Assembly (NCBI GenBank): GCA_038496445.1
Contig: JALMLS010000268.1
Location: 310,001 to 374,000, forward strand
Length of the DNA: 64,000 nt
Origin: Trichosphaerium sp. ATCC 40318
Lineage: Eukaryota > Protista > Tubulinea
Direction of reading: 5' to 3'
The translations under genes and the position numbers were made by a program. This document shows, in pieces, positions 51,542 through 64,000 of this stretch (the first letter of the stretch is position 1; the number at the start of each line of letters is the position of its first letter). The notes beneath the pieces were generated by a model, which saw nothing but the letters and a program-made list of their open reading frames with translations, was not told the DNA's origin and did not search any database.

Positions 51542-54500
51542 TTATTCTTCTTCGTCTTGCCTCTGGTAATTCGCTAGATTGGTCAGAATGTCACGTATCA
51601 CGTTTTGGTAATCGGCAGGGAGTGCGCTAATGGCGCCATTTATCAAGTCCGGATGAAGTGTCTTTTTCATCTGATCGAGAACGGCGAGGATGCGGTTCTG
51701 GCCCTTTGCATCGATGAACTCTGTACCAACTACTTCACAAAAGATTTTAAACAGGTGCGGTGTGTGTTCTCCTTTTTGACCGAGGACTATTTGACCCAAT
51801 TGTTTACTAAGGATAAGTATTAATAAAGGCAAGACCAATCCAAAACAATTATAATGAAAAAAAAAAAAAAGAGAACAGTTTTGTGTGGATTTGTTGTTTT
51901 AACGCGTACTCTTCCAACATGGAACACAACTGCTTGTGAATGACAGCAGACTCAACTATATCCTTATCACATGGTAGCCAGGAAACGTACATGGTCACCA
52001 ACTACAAGCAATAGCGTTAGAAACTGAGTGAGTAATGAATACTCTTTTCATCAGTACGCACTTGAGGGATATCACCTGCGTGTTGGCGCTGGTATAGTAT
52101 CATTTTACCGACCGAAGAAATGGCGTTATCAGTTGCAGGGGCGCCTGGACCATATCGGGAACCGTCGGCATTGATCACTTGGAGCAATTTTTGTATAACA
52201 TCTATACACAAGAATAAGTCCACACAAGCCTAAGCTTCATAATCACGAACCTTTTACGAACGGTGCAAATGCTTCACCACCACGTTGTGCGCATACACCC
52301 ATACCATATACTGCTGCTTGACGTAATGCTGCGTTTTCAGCAAATATGTTTGGAATGACTTGTTGCAAGAAGGCTTGGAACAATTGTACAATCATCTAAA
52401 ATAGAAAAAAAAGCGTTAACAAGCGCGGACATAATTAAGAGGGAATGACGCGATCAACTTACCTCAGGTGAACCGCAGTGCTCTATGACATCATCAAATA
52501 TACAGACGGCAAGATGTCTGTCAGATTGGTGCTTGGATTGGAGCAGTTGTGCCACAACCTTACCGAGCTGTGGGAATAAAGGCAAAAATTGTTGTTTGTT
52601 CCAACGACAAAGAGCACCCACAATTTCAGCCAACTTGAAAAAAAAAAGACAAGTGAGTATTCAAATAAAAAAAAAAAGTAACTTAAAACAAAAAACCCAA
52701 ATACCTCAGCTTCACAAAGATTGTCTCGTTCCTCGTCTTCAAGAAGTTCACGTGCAGATAGACCTTGCTCAATCTTGGAGAGTTCAGCTATAAAAAATGT
52801 CGTTAATACAAAAGATTGGGTGACAAGTTACGAAAAGATTGTATACCAGCTCGCGCATTTCGTCTGGTGTGTACCCAGTTCAAAACTTGCTCAATAATGT
52901 TAATGTTTACTGCAATATGTTCTTGTGTGAGGCCATTGTCGCCCAAGTACATGATGCACTCATGGACACATTCAATTTCGGCTTGCAAGATATCAGGATC
53001 TTGAATTTCTGCCATTTCGTCTTGAATTGCAGATAGCTACAAGTGGAGCATGTCACGAGAATGAACGGTGTAATTAACAACGTACAAGTTCAGTGAGGAT
53101 AGCAGTCCATAGCGCTGTAATGTTGGCAGCACCTTGTCCTGTTTTTTGTACATTCAATACACATGCGCGCAACAACAGAGGTATTGTGTTTAATGAAGCG
53201 ATACGAACACGTGAGGCTGAGTTAAGGAGGCTATAATAAAATTTTGAATCAAAAGAAAAGAAGTCGAAAAGGTCTAAGGATATCTTCATGGAGGTAGAAT
53301 TTAAGTTGTGGGAGCACAATCTTCAAAATTTGTTCAACCCATTCTATGATACCTTCCTTTAACCTGTATGTGTATGCTAGAGCACTCGGTTAGATGCACC
53401 TCAACGGGATAAAATGTGTACCATAGAGCATGTTGATGGCAGATGCCTTCTCTTCCATACCGGCTGTGTGAACAGCAATCCTCTATTAACTACTATCAGT
53501 ATACGAAAAAGACGTAGTATGTCAAAGTTACCCTGTCCTCTACTTCGACTTCGTCCCATCCTTCAGCAAGGTCGGCTTCACCGCCTTCATCTAATAAAGT
53601 AATTTCCAATTGTTGATCAGCAATAGCCATTACAGGTGGAAGCACCTAAAAGCGCAAGTGAATGAGCTAGGAGCTTTCTTTCGTTGAACAAACAGAAAAT
53701 TATATATATGGCGCATACCATTCCCAAGTAAGGAACAAAGTCTTTGCCCAAGCATCTACATATTCTGACCCAAGCCTGTAATATGTAGTCACGTTGTGGG
53801 TCATCGTTTTCCATGCCCTTATCGAGATCTGCCTTTAGCATATCCATAATGACGCGCACATCATCAAAAAAGCGTTCTTTGCCTACAGAGCATCCTACCA
53901 AACTGACACATTCCAAAGCTTTACCACGCAATTTACGATATTCTTTGGAGCGTGCTTTGGCGAGAATGTTCTTCATCACTGGGATGACAGTGTCATAGTA
54001 CTAATTTAAAAAATATTAGGCAAAAAATTCCATGAACAAAATAAGATTGTGGCGCCACGTACTTTAGTGAAATTGGCTTTTGAGCAATCAGCAACGGCTG
54101 CGATTGCAGTTACAGCTTGTTCTTGAAGCCTTATATTGCCGGAGTTTAGAAGCATCAATAACTTGGACATGATGAGTTCTAGATATGGTGGTACAAATTT
54201 GGCATCAAATTTTTCCATAAAGTTAATTATGGCGGCGCCAGCGTGACATTGAACTCTACAAAATAATTAAACTTGTGTGGTAATCATATTATTATAGGTA
54301 CCTCAAGTTGGCAGTATCGTCCATTAAACTCATGAGCGCAGGTAGGGCTTGCGTGTGAAAGTTCATCTGAAATCCAGGCTATAGAAAGGGGCAAGTCAGT
54401 AAGGAAATTAATTGGTTAGGTTTTTTTTTAACGTACACCGAAATCGCTAGACATCTGTCCAACAGCGTTTGCAGCTGCCCAACGCACGAGCGGATGAGGA

Positions 54501-56284
54501 TCTGCAAAGCGAGGAAGAACAGCTGGTACAATATTTGCTAGGTTAGGTCCCATTTCAGCAACACATCCTTCACCAATCTGTGCCAAAGCGATTAATCCAG
54601 CACGTCTGTGCTTCCAGTTTCCATCCGAAAGCAATTTTGGTATTTGATCGAACATGATAGGAATAATTTGTTTGCCACCACAGGCAATAGACAAACGATC
54701 TAGATACTCTTCAGCAATGTTCCAGTTGGTATTTTCTAAATTATTTCTATCATCTTCTTGCGTGTTCCATTCAGCTACATCTTCCTCGATTTCAAGCATC
54801 ATCGAGATAAGAATACGTAATGTATTTGCAAAGTACCCTTCAATGGCGCTTGCAGTTTCGCCCTTGTCGCTTTCAGCGATTGAAATAAGGAATTCGGTAC
54901 TTGATTGACGAACATCTAAAATACCAGTGAGGTCCAATCAATCAAAAAAAAAAAAGCAAAACGACGTTATCATTTCTTTTGAAAGGGACATTAAACGCAC
55001 GATCGTCTAATTGTTTGGCGTCGGATATTTTTATCATTTCCGCAATAATTGGTTGTAAATGGAATTTCAAGAAAGCAGGTGATAGCTCAGCCAAATCTGA
55101 GAATAGCTGAATTGCTTGTTTTGCAGTGTCTTCATCGTTCATTTGTAGTGCCTTTGAAATAATCTAGAGCATTATTAGTTTTTTACGCCAAACACTGGGG
55201 AAGAAGGAAGAGTACGCACGCTCAACATGGCAGGTAAATATTTAGCCAATTCTCTAACTTGCTCAACAGAATCGCAAAACTGCGTTGCGTAGGCAAAGGC
55301 GGTAAACGCTTGCAAACCAGACCTTACATTAGCATCACCTAATCCTGAAACCCAAATAGGCGTCAACTGTGGAAACAACGGTTTTAATTTGTCGCCCATG
55401 TACGCTACGAGCTTCGAGTATATGGTCATTGCGGCCTAAAACAAATAAGAAGGAGTGACAGTTGCTGATGCCGAAATAGTTTAAAACCTAAATCAGGTGT
55501 CTACGGATGTTCAAATTTCTGGTGTAAGCGCAGTAATTCAAGCACAATCAAAATAGATTGATGACATACCTCACGATGAGCAGGATTTGGGGATCGTGAG
55601 TACTCGACTAGAAACGGAAAAAGTTGATTCCACTCGCCTAAAATAGTTAGCAGAGGTACAACTAGGTGATAAGCTTCACGGCTTTTTTGATTGAGCATAA
55701 AAAAAAAAAATTGATTAATAACCAAATCGGCTTGGAGCCTCGTTTACGCATGGAATTAATTAAAACATCCACGAAAGGCGTTACAGATAACCATTTTAAC
55801 GAACTCTATTTGTACGCACCGTTTTTACTAATAGCCACCATAACCATAGCCACACATTCTGTTGCTTGTCGTAGAACGTTGGGGTTAGCCTCATTCTTGA
55901 GAACTAGCACTATTTTAGTGTTTTGAACTTTACACGTTTACTAACCCTCTAACAAGGTGCCCTGTGTAAATGCACGCGCTTCTGCGTCCAATTGCTCCCA
56001 CATTCCCTCTTTCACAATTGCACCGCGCAGCAAAATGGCGCCAAGCGATCGTATCTAACACTGTAGTCATAACCAATGGCGCTTATTTAAAAATGCGAAA
56101 AAACAAAGTACAATAAACAAACCTTCAGGTCAGCGCTTCGCTTTGTAGCTTCTAACAATAACATGACAATTGCTTTGGGATTAGACTGTCGAAGCTTCTC
56201 GAACATGCTTTGGGCATTATTACGCGCAGCATTGTCTGCGCTGGTTATATTCGCCAATAGCTGTTCGAATTGTTGAAACTCCAT
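51542..56284 (-). CDS. IPO5: Importin-5 / karyopherin beta-3
   Basis: HEAT repeats; LRGKALECVSLVG..VGKERF, WVRICRCLGKDFVPYL, FYLHEGVRIA, ATDNAISSVGK. Confidence 0.93.
53211..53283 (-). other. U12-type AT-AC intron in IPO5
   Basis: ATATCCTT donor, TCCTTAAC branch 10 nt from the 3' end, AC acceptor; removal restores KFYLHEGVRIAS. Confidence 0.92.
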
Positions 56285-56407
56285 ACGAAACTTTTGATGT
56301 GAGGCGTTTTGCGCAAATACCGCGTTTCAACAAGTTATGAATTTTATTTTCGGTTGGTTTTTTTTACAAATTAAGTCGCAATCAAATCTATCAATGGCCT
56401 CTTCTGT

Positions 56408-57200
56408 TTACGAGCATTGGGCACTTTTGTAGAGCGTTTGCATTGGTATTAGTACAATAGGTGTGAATTTTCTCATTGGCAGCCTGTCAGTTCGCTTTTG
56501 CTTTAGATCCCTGCATCGCGCTTTAAAGCATACCCCGAGCTTTGTTCGTGGCGTGAAGGCAGAGCGAAAGCGTGGGCGCTGGGACTGTCTCGTATCCTTT
56601 CTCGTGCTTTTTCTCGTGCCATATTTGTATTTTAGCGCGGCTTTTGACCCACGAAGCATAAAGTCGGCTTCGTAGTACTCTATCTGCATTCGTGCTTTGG
56701 CGCTGTCTCTTTCAGCCGCTCTGCGGGTGGCATAGTCGCGGTGGTCGTGGTGATTCGTATAAACAACATCTCTATTCACAGGTAAGTAAAAGGGTTTCTA
56801 ACAAAAAAGAGCAACACGTACGCTAGATCTGGGTTCTGGCCATTTCTTTGAACTGACTTTTTCGCCTTGCAACCTACGCGCTGTTATCTCTTTTTATTGG
56901 CTATGGGGTTTAAAAGTACCTGGGTGAAGACACTGGTAGTAAAATCTCTTGTACTCGGCGCCTTTGGGGAGCCTACGAAAAAGTATCAGCACGTGTGTAT
57001 GTCAATCAACACCTTTGCGAGGGTATGTGTACGTACCGCCTGCCAATATTCTTCCAGGTTGCGCCGTCAATACTGAGGTCTGCTGTGTGAGGTACATTCA
57101 CTCTAACTTTGTAGGAGAACATGCCTACGAGCCCTTTTGGTAGTTGAAAGCTAGGTTGAAGGTCCTGTGGTGAGTGCATGGTATTTGAATGTCCGAACAT
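56408..57200 (-). CDS. WRKY-domain protein with variant heptapeptide
   Basis: Three GT-AG introns; spliced DGATWKNIGRRLPKGAEYKRFYYQCLHPGCKAKKSVQRKCQNPDLADVVYTNHHDH (C-X4-C-X23-H-X-H). Confidence 0.82.
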
Positions 57201-57689
57201 GTTAAGAGGAGTGGTGGGCTTTGTGTTTGTGTTCGTTTTTTGACATAGAGATCGATAGTCAAATCAATCACTCGAAACTTAACATTCGTGTGCCTGAACC
57301 AGGTCATAAGTTCGTTATACTACGCCACACATACAGTTGAAAGTTACTGTGCCAAGAAGGGAACGTGTAAACAGCATTAATAGGTGCAAAAATGTTGGAT
57401 GTTGGTGCTACAGTTGCACGTGATTGACAATTCTTCATACGGATAAACTACTTCTCAGATTGACCTCAGCTGAAAACAGTGCTGAGTAAAAGGGTTACAT
57501 AAGAGGTGTACGTCCGAGTTATCGCTTAAAGTCATAGTCGGGTTTTTGATGCTGATAATATTAAACGTTTTGTTTCGTTTTTTCATGCCAAAATCGTACT
57601 TGTGCACAATATAATTATTAACCACCAATTTGTGATTCCGGCAAGAGCACTTCTATCAATCAGTGCGCTGACTAGTTAGGAGGTTGCGA

Positions 57690-60600
57690 ATGGAGTTCGC
57701 CACCCTTTTGCTTGGTAAAGCGTCAACTGGCAAACTTGCTCTGGCGTATGCGTTTGCTAGACTGAGCGACGCGCCAGGTACTAATTGGCAGTTTTATACT
57801 TGCTTTTACTAAAATTCCTTTTCTAACTAACCTCTTTGTAGTTGCAAGCGCAGAGAGAAATGAAACAGGAGCTGTACTGGAGCATCGCGTACTTTACAAA
57901 GGTCGAACGTATACGCTCGGGATTTTGCCTTTTGTGCGTTCAGTAAGCGTTTTTAGTTCTTAGTAACTCCGAATAGAGAAGTGAGCGCGATTCGAAATTG
58001 TTTTCTTGTGTCATACAAGATTGCCAAGGTTTTGTATTGACCTATTCGACACACCACAGGAGTACTTTCACGGCCGTCACAAAGTATATCAAGTTAATTG
58101 AAAAAAGCAAAAACATGAAAGTTGCCGTTCTGCCAGTTGTACGTCATGAACAACTTCAAAACCCTCGCTTGGCTAACGCGTTTACCCTACCTTAGACTTT
58201 AGTGGCGCACGACTTTGATGACGGCGACACTGACAGCGAGTCGCCCAGAGGAGAACCCGTATCTGTTGATGAAGGTAAAGCCTTAGCAAAGGAGCATGGG
58301 ATTAGTTTTATTGAAGCGTGTGCCAGCACGGACGTACGTGAAGCCCAGATTGTTTAGTTGATTTTTCTCCTTTTTTGTTGTTTTATTGTTTTCTGACATT
58401 TTTTTTTCGTATTATAGTTCAATGTTCGAGAGACCTTCGTCGATGCATTAGACCAAATGATTGAATTTGAATCATTGGGAAGAGCAAAAAAAAATAAAAA
58501 GAACAGGCGACACAGACGGAGGAAATCTGCTCCCGAAAACAACCACCTACGTACGGTAGGGCACGAACGTTGTGCCACAGCTACAGCGCCGTTGACAGCA
58601 CGCAATCATAGTGAAGAACCCAAAAAAGTAACAAAAATTGGTACGTCATAGCATTTTGTACATTTTGTATTTGACCAACTGACTCACCCTTAAAGCACGT
58701 TGCCATTTTGCAAATAAGGTAGTAGAAGTAACTTTACCGCCATCAATTACATTTTTGAGGCTTCACAAACAGCTAGAAGAAAAGTAAGCCTAGTTTGCAG
58801 AGTAGTTGTAAATGTGATTTTTCTAACGTTATTAATTGAGGTTTCAATGCAAGCTCAATTCAGCAGTGCAATACATACCAGCAAAAGGTGGCGGAATGAG
58901 AGTAACGAATGATGCCTGTACGTATTTGCCATCCATTTACCTAGGTAATCCAGACTAACACTTGCGCTATTAGTACTACAAATTGTCTTAAGAAGTTCGG
59001 ATGTAATCAATCTCCGCTTGGAGCGCAAAAATGTGACAAGGAGAAAAGCATCAGCCAGAAGCACTTTCAACAATTCACCTACTGTTCGACGGCCACCTGT
59101 GTTTCTTCGTGATACTGGCGCCAAGCCGTTTTCATTGTCAACCACTTCACTCCCTATAAATAGTAGGAGGCCTCAAAGTGCCCGAGACAACTTTGAGGCA
59201 CCAAACAGTCCAAGAAGTAAGTATAGTATAGTCTATTTTTTTGTTTGAGCCACGAAAAAGTTGATGGTTTATAAAAAGGTAAAACTGGTATACAAAGACG
59301 AGGCGTCTGGAAAAATAGATCATCGTTTCAGCGTGACACACAACGGCAATTACCTAAAAGTCATCGTCCCTCTACTCAGCCGCGGTCAGATCAACCAATA
59401 AACGAAGCAAAAGGGCAGCCTACTGACAAACAATCATCAAAACCAAAAACACGTGAACAACCTTCACAAACAATGGTTGTATCGCGTTCTTATGCAACGT
59501 GCGTAGGCCTTTATTTATCCACATACAAACCTAAAATTGCTTTAGGCTAAAGGATATGGCATTAGATAACTCGTCGGTCAGCCTGACCAATGACAGTCAG
59601 TTGCGAAAAGCGATTGAACTACTAACAGCTGAACGATCCTTTATAAAAAATCTAAAAATAATGAGAATGCTGATTGAGCCTTGTCGCAATCAACACTTAT
59701 TGACACCACACGAGTTGTATTCCGTATTCGCCAACATTGAAGACTTGATAGAGCACCACGACAAGTTCTTTGTAGTGCTTGAACAATGCACAACTGGTCT
59801 TCTTGGTCCGGACGGTATCGCCGAAGGGTTTGTCAGCAATACAGCTTTCTTTGAGGACTACATCCCCTATGTTAAGAATTACAACACGAGCACTACAGCG
59901 TTGCACTACTACCTCAAAACAATTCCAAAGTTCAGAGAGCTTGTCGAACAATTCGAAAAAGCACAGAGGAACTTAAAAAACCCTCCTTTGGACGTTCTAC
60001 TAGCAATGCCTGTCAGACATATGGGCGAGGTATGGACATTAATTCTTCTTTTTTTCCCCATCCTTGGTTGTTGCATGTGCTGACTTAGAGTTTTTTTAAT
60101 AGTACTGTATCTTGCTGAGGAGTTTGCAAAAATACAATCCACCCTCTAATTTTAGCTACAACACTACAGCCAAAGCAATCGAAAGATGTCAAAATTACCT
60201 GGACAGATACAACAAAGAGATTGACTCACATGCCACAACACAAATGAAGGAACTCATTCCTGTTATTGAAGCGATAGACCACGGCGTAGATCTCCTTGCG
60301 TCGGGACGTTATCTGATACGAAAGGGGTACTTACGGCTGGACATATCCATAAAACCCCGGCAAACAGATCAAGTGGAGCAACATTTACAAACCATCAACG
60401 AACACACCAAAATTTTTACATATCTATTCAACGACGCATTGGTGTGTACTACGGAAGGCAAACAAAAGCACAAGTACCTTGAGACTTTACGTCTTAAAGA
60501 AGTGATTGCAGTGCGTTACGGTGACCGCGATGAACACAATTTTTTCAAGCTGGACATGGCTTCAGCACAGTGGGTTTTTTCGTTGCCAACTGTTGAATTG

Positions 60601-60711
60601 TGTTCCAGTTGGGTGGATGACATTATGCTGATCCAGAGCGACGATTGGCTGAACAACCTGATATTGAAACATAAAAAAGCAGCAAAAAAAAAAGCTAAAC
60701 GATCAAAATAA
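57690..60711 (+). CDS. Degenerate Ras-like domain + PB1-like + DH-PH RhoGEF (possibly two genes)
   Basis: GKASTGKL, QGFVLTYS, EGKALAKEHGISFIEACA; PB1-like segment; ELLTAERSFIKNL..LLAMPVRHM (DH) and FTYLFNDALV (PH). Linker splicing at 59.2-59.55 kb unresolved. Confidence 0.7.
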
Positions 60712-60955
60712 ACTGTAGATACGTATTGTGTACACACTTCTCAAGTTATAACTTGCACCTGTGCAACTCCTTTTTTTTTCGAATATTTTCTTTTGACCGA
60801 AGCGATTAACCACGTGCTTCAAATGGCAGATAGACACATGGCGACTTACCGATGGTGTAAAATAGTGACGATAGATAATCATTGACTGTTACAGAGGTTA
60901 ATTTTGGAGTTTTCAAATGTTTTGGGCTGGAACGCAAGCTAAAAAAAGAGAATGG

Positions 60956-61603
60956 ATGTATACGTATACGCCAGAGCACTCTCTTTTGAAAGCTCAAGGC
61001 GTAAAATGTGTTAGACCACAAACCAAATACACGCGCAAATCAATAAGAGACGCAACATTGTGCAGTATGCTTCTCAGATATAAGATTACGATCGTGATTA
61101 TTCCTGAAGAGCTTATACAGATGATAGTGTCGTATTTACTGGTACCATCACCTCCAGATAGAATAAACCTTACTTTCATCAAAAACGAGCGCCTTGCGTT
61201 CAAATTTACAATTTTATCCACCAAAACAACATACGACTTGGCACATATTCTAAAGAGAACCTCTATGCGTGCAAACCTAGGTTTAGACGCCTTTTTGGTA
61301 TTAGTACGCGGTGAAGGCATTCAGTTAATACAAATGGGAGAACGTGCGAATGGCTGTATTAAGGATCCGCATGGAGTTTACGAAGGCAGACAAGAAGCTT
61401 ATGGATCGTTTAAAGATTGGACTAAAGGACCATTATCCCGTCGTGATATGGATTGGCTTAACACTCGTACACTTGCAGAAGCCGGTGTCAAAGATGGCGA
61501 TGTAATTGACGACGAGTACACTTTCTCTAAAGAAGCACTGATGTTAGGTGTACCTTTGGTAACAAAAGCCACAGAAACCCAAGATTGGGGCGATTTGGAA
61601 TAA
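60956..61603 (+). CDS. Intronless hypothetical protein, F-box-like start and ubiquitin-like end
   Basis: IPEELIQMIVSYL; TRTLAEAGVKDGDVI. Confidence 0.6.
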   Translation: MYTYTPEHSLLKAQGVKCVRPQTKYTRKSIRDATLCSMLLRYKITIVIIPEELIQMIVSYLLVPSPPDRINLTFIKNERLAFKFTILSTKTTYDLAHILKRTSMRANLGLDAFLVLVRGEGIQLIQMGERANGCIKDPHGVYEGRQEAYGSFKDWTKGPLSRRDMDWLNTRTLAEAGVKDGDVIDDEYTFSKEALMLGVPLVTKATETQDWGDLE

Positions 61604-61967
61604 GGTTTCTAGTTTTACTTTTTACACTTGAACAACAGCAACATGTACTCACCCTGCCCATATTATGTGCGCTTGCCTGTTTCCATTATTATAAGACTCT
61701 CCACTCGTGTGTTGGCACTAGTAATGATTTTGTGTTAATCTGTCACTTTCTATTTTGAGAATTTCACAAAATGTGACGTGGCTAGATTCGTGCCACTTCC
61801 ATTATCTTCAGGATCCTCAAGCGAGTAGTGACTTGCCTTAGCTGTATAGTATCTCATCATCTTGGCATTTGCGAAGCAAAGTTCTTGTGCACATGATACT
61901 TAGCCACGACTTGAATTTAGACGAAAAAAATAATTTTCATCAACAAAGGACGTTAACGTGTGGTTGA

Positions 61968-62744
61968 ATGGGAGGCGCTTCCAGCGTAGTACGTGGCTCA
62001 GAAATTGACGTGGCAACAGCAGTACGTTGATACCTTGGTATTATTGGCCTAAATACGCACCACTAGCTTAACTTTGATTGCTTCTTACGCATCGCAACGT
62101 ATTTGGAGCGAAAAGCCCATGACTTGCTTTCTTTAGCTCTGGTATGCAGCAGTTGGCACGAAATGATGCGAGATGCGATTAAAGTATCAATTCGACGTGT
62201 ATACGGCGTTTCACGTGAAGACTATCGCGGCCCGAAAGACTACACCTTGTATGACGATGGTATTGATTGGTTCGCCTTCTACAAGTCGTATCGAAAACTA
62301 AAGCACTTGACATGCACCACGTGCAAACGGTTTTTACACTCACCGGACGACAACAACAGAGATGTCAACTCATGTCCATTTTGTGACACTGCTGCTTTTT
62401 GCAATTCTTGTTGTTTTCAGAAGGGATGGCCCAAACATAGGTGGACGTGCAACCGGAGGGTATGGTTCCAATGGCGTGGGGGTGAGATGTCAGGTGTCAC
62501 GTATCGAACCATAATCCCTCGCACAAAACACCAGCGTGGCGCTACCCTCTACGACATTACAGAGAAGGATTGTGACGACTATGAACGCCGTATAAGCAAG
62601 CACATGGTTGTACGTGGTACGCCACGCGTTCAGCTGTGGTTCTGGCGCACGCAGCAATCTGTCAACAAAGACAAAACAATGAAAGACTACATTCCAATCT
62701 TGTTCAAGGAACGCGGTTTTACGGCTAGGTTGTACCTTACTTAA
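61968..62744 (+). CDS. F-box + MYND-type zinc finger protein, putatively N-myristoylated
   Basis: First exon MGGASS spliced to LNFDCFLRIATYL..LLSLALVCSSW; CTTC..CPFC..FCNSCCFQKGWPKHRWTC. Confidence 0.7.
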
Positions 62745-62961
62745 TGCACCTGCCGCTCATCAAAAAAAACCTTTGAGCATGTATTTCTTAAGTAGTTTAT
62801 TGTTTATTTAATGTAATAACGTTAAATTAATTAGAGGCTTATTAGTGTTTGCCTTTAAGTAGGATATTGTATCTCGGGCAGAAAAATGCTTGAGATTTTT
62901 TTTATTGTTGTTGAAGCCACAAACGAACAAAAAGAAAGCACGCTAACACTAAATATCGCAC

Positions 62962-64000
62962 ATGACGGCTGTTGTAGCACCTAGATCACCCTTACCTGTT
63001 ATAGTATTTCGTGGTACGTAAGGTGGCCTGGATACATAATTTGTAATAATTTATTAATTTATTCTTTGCTAATCCTTTCGAGTCCAGACAAAACTAACAA
63101 CAATCAACACATCACGTGCTATGATATTCAAGGAGAAATAGGCTGTGGCAGTAGCGGCAGTGTATTTGCAGCAAGAGAGAAGACTACACGAAAGCGTGTT
63201 GCGTTAAAGCGTATTAAACGCGAGTTCTTTGAGAAGTTCCACTCGCTTGTAAAGCAAGAATTTGATTTTGGTAGAACCTTTAAACACTCAAATATTATCA
63301 AGGTGCACGGCGTTTGTGTAGATGAAGGTACGTTATCCCAATCCATAACTTGAAAACAACATTGAAAATATTGTAAAAAACACGTGCTTACTTGCAACTT
63401 GAAAAAGGCCTTCCCGTACTGATCATGGAACGTGCTCGTTGCAGCTTATTTGATTTGCTTGATGGTAAACCCCTGTCACTCCTTAGACCAATTTTACAAG
63501 TGGCGACTTATCACGTGCTCAGAGCGTTACAGCAAATACATTCACGTGATATAGTGCACTGTGATATCAAAGTCGGTATGAGACATTCATATTAGTACAC
63601 TCTGATACTTAATTGTTGCGCAGAGAACATCTTGGTTGGATACGATGGTTTCTTTAAGGTAGCTGATTTTGGGTTTGCACAGACTGTTGGCCAGTTTAAC
63701 AAGATTCCACTCGCTGGAACGCCACAAGTACGTGATAATTCAGTATCTTTCAAGTTAATCATGGTATAGTACATGGCACCGGAGTGTTTTGTTGGCAAGG
63801 GAGAGTTTACGACAAAATTTGATATTTGGTCAGTTGGCGTATTAGTTTTTGCCTGTTTGGTTGGCGAGTTTCCAAAACAAGTAGACTTTTCATCAACAGA
63901 AAAAATATGCAGAACACTTGCAACTGTAGCAAAGCAAGGATACATCAATTATTCGTCACAAATCGGCGAACTTTCGATTGATGACGTAGCCTTCTTGGGC
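62962..64000 (+). CDS. Ser/Thr protein kinase (3' end outside window)
   Basis: IGCGSSGSV, VALKRI, HCDIK, DFG, GTPQYMAPE, DIWSVG. Confidence 0.9.

Overview
Eukaryotic, gene-dense, AT-rich DNA with short spliceosomal introns (about 40-110 nt) and intergenic gaps mostly under 300 bp. It looks like a protist genome; gene content suggests an amoebozoan, but that is inference. I spliced about 28 protein-coding genes by hand, so exon boundaries are unverified. Recognisable genes include VPS72, COPS2, TSR2, MMADHC, ORC1, AP5M1, DPH4, IPO5, a CCR4-family nuclease, a purple acid phosphatase, PPR and SET proteins, several F-box proteins and one tRNA-Arg(UCU). Main points of interest: (1) at least three, possibly four, U12 (minor-spliceosome) introns, including a clear AT-AC intron in importin-5, plus at least eight GC-AG introns; (2) a WRKY-domain gene split by three introns, with WKNIGRR in place of WRKYGQK; (3) a Rab1-like GTPase with no C-terminal cysteines and an N-terminal Gly2/polybasic motif; (4) a ~7 kb island (26.3-33.3 kb) of nested CAG-terminated TIR elements around a decayed PIF/Harbinger-like transposase and Myb/SANT gene pair, with CpG decay; (5) unusual domain fusions (F-box+XPA-like, ATG8-like without the terminal Gly, BRCT+SAPS, DEP+DUF547+RhoGAP, pseudo-Ras+PB1+DH-PH). 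No database searches were run; family calls come from motif recognition.
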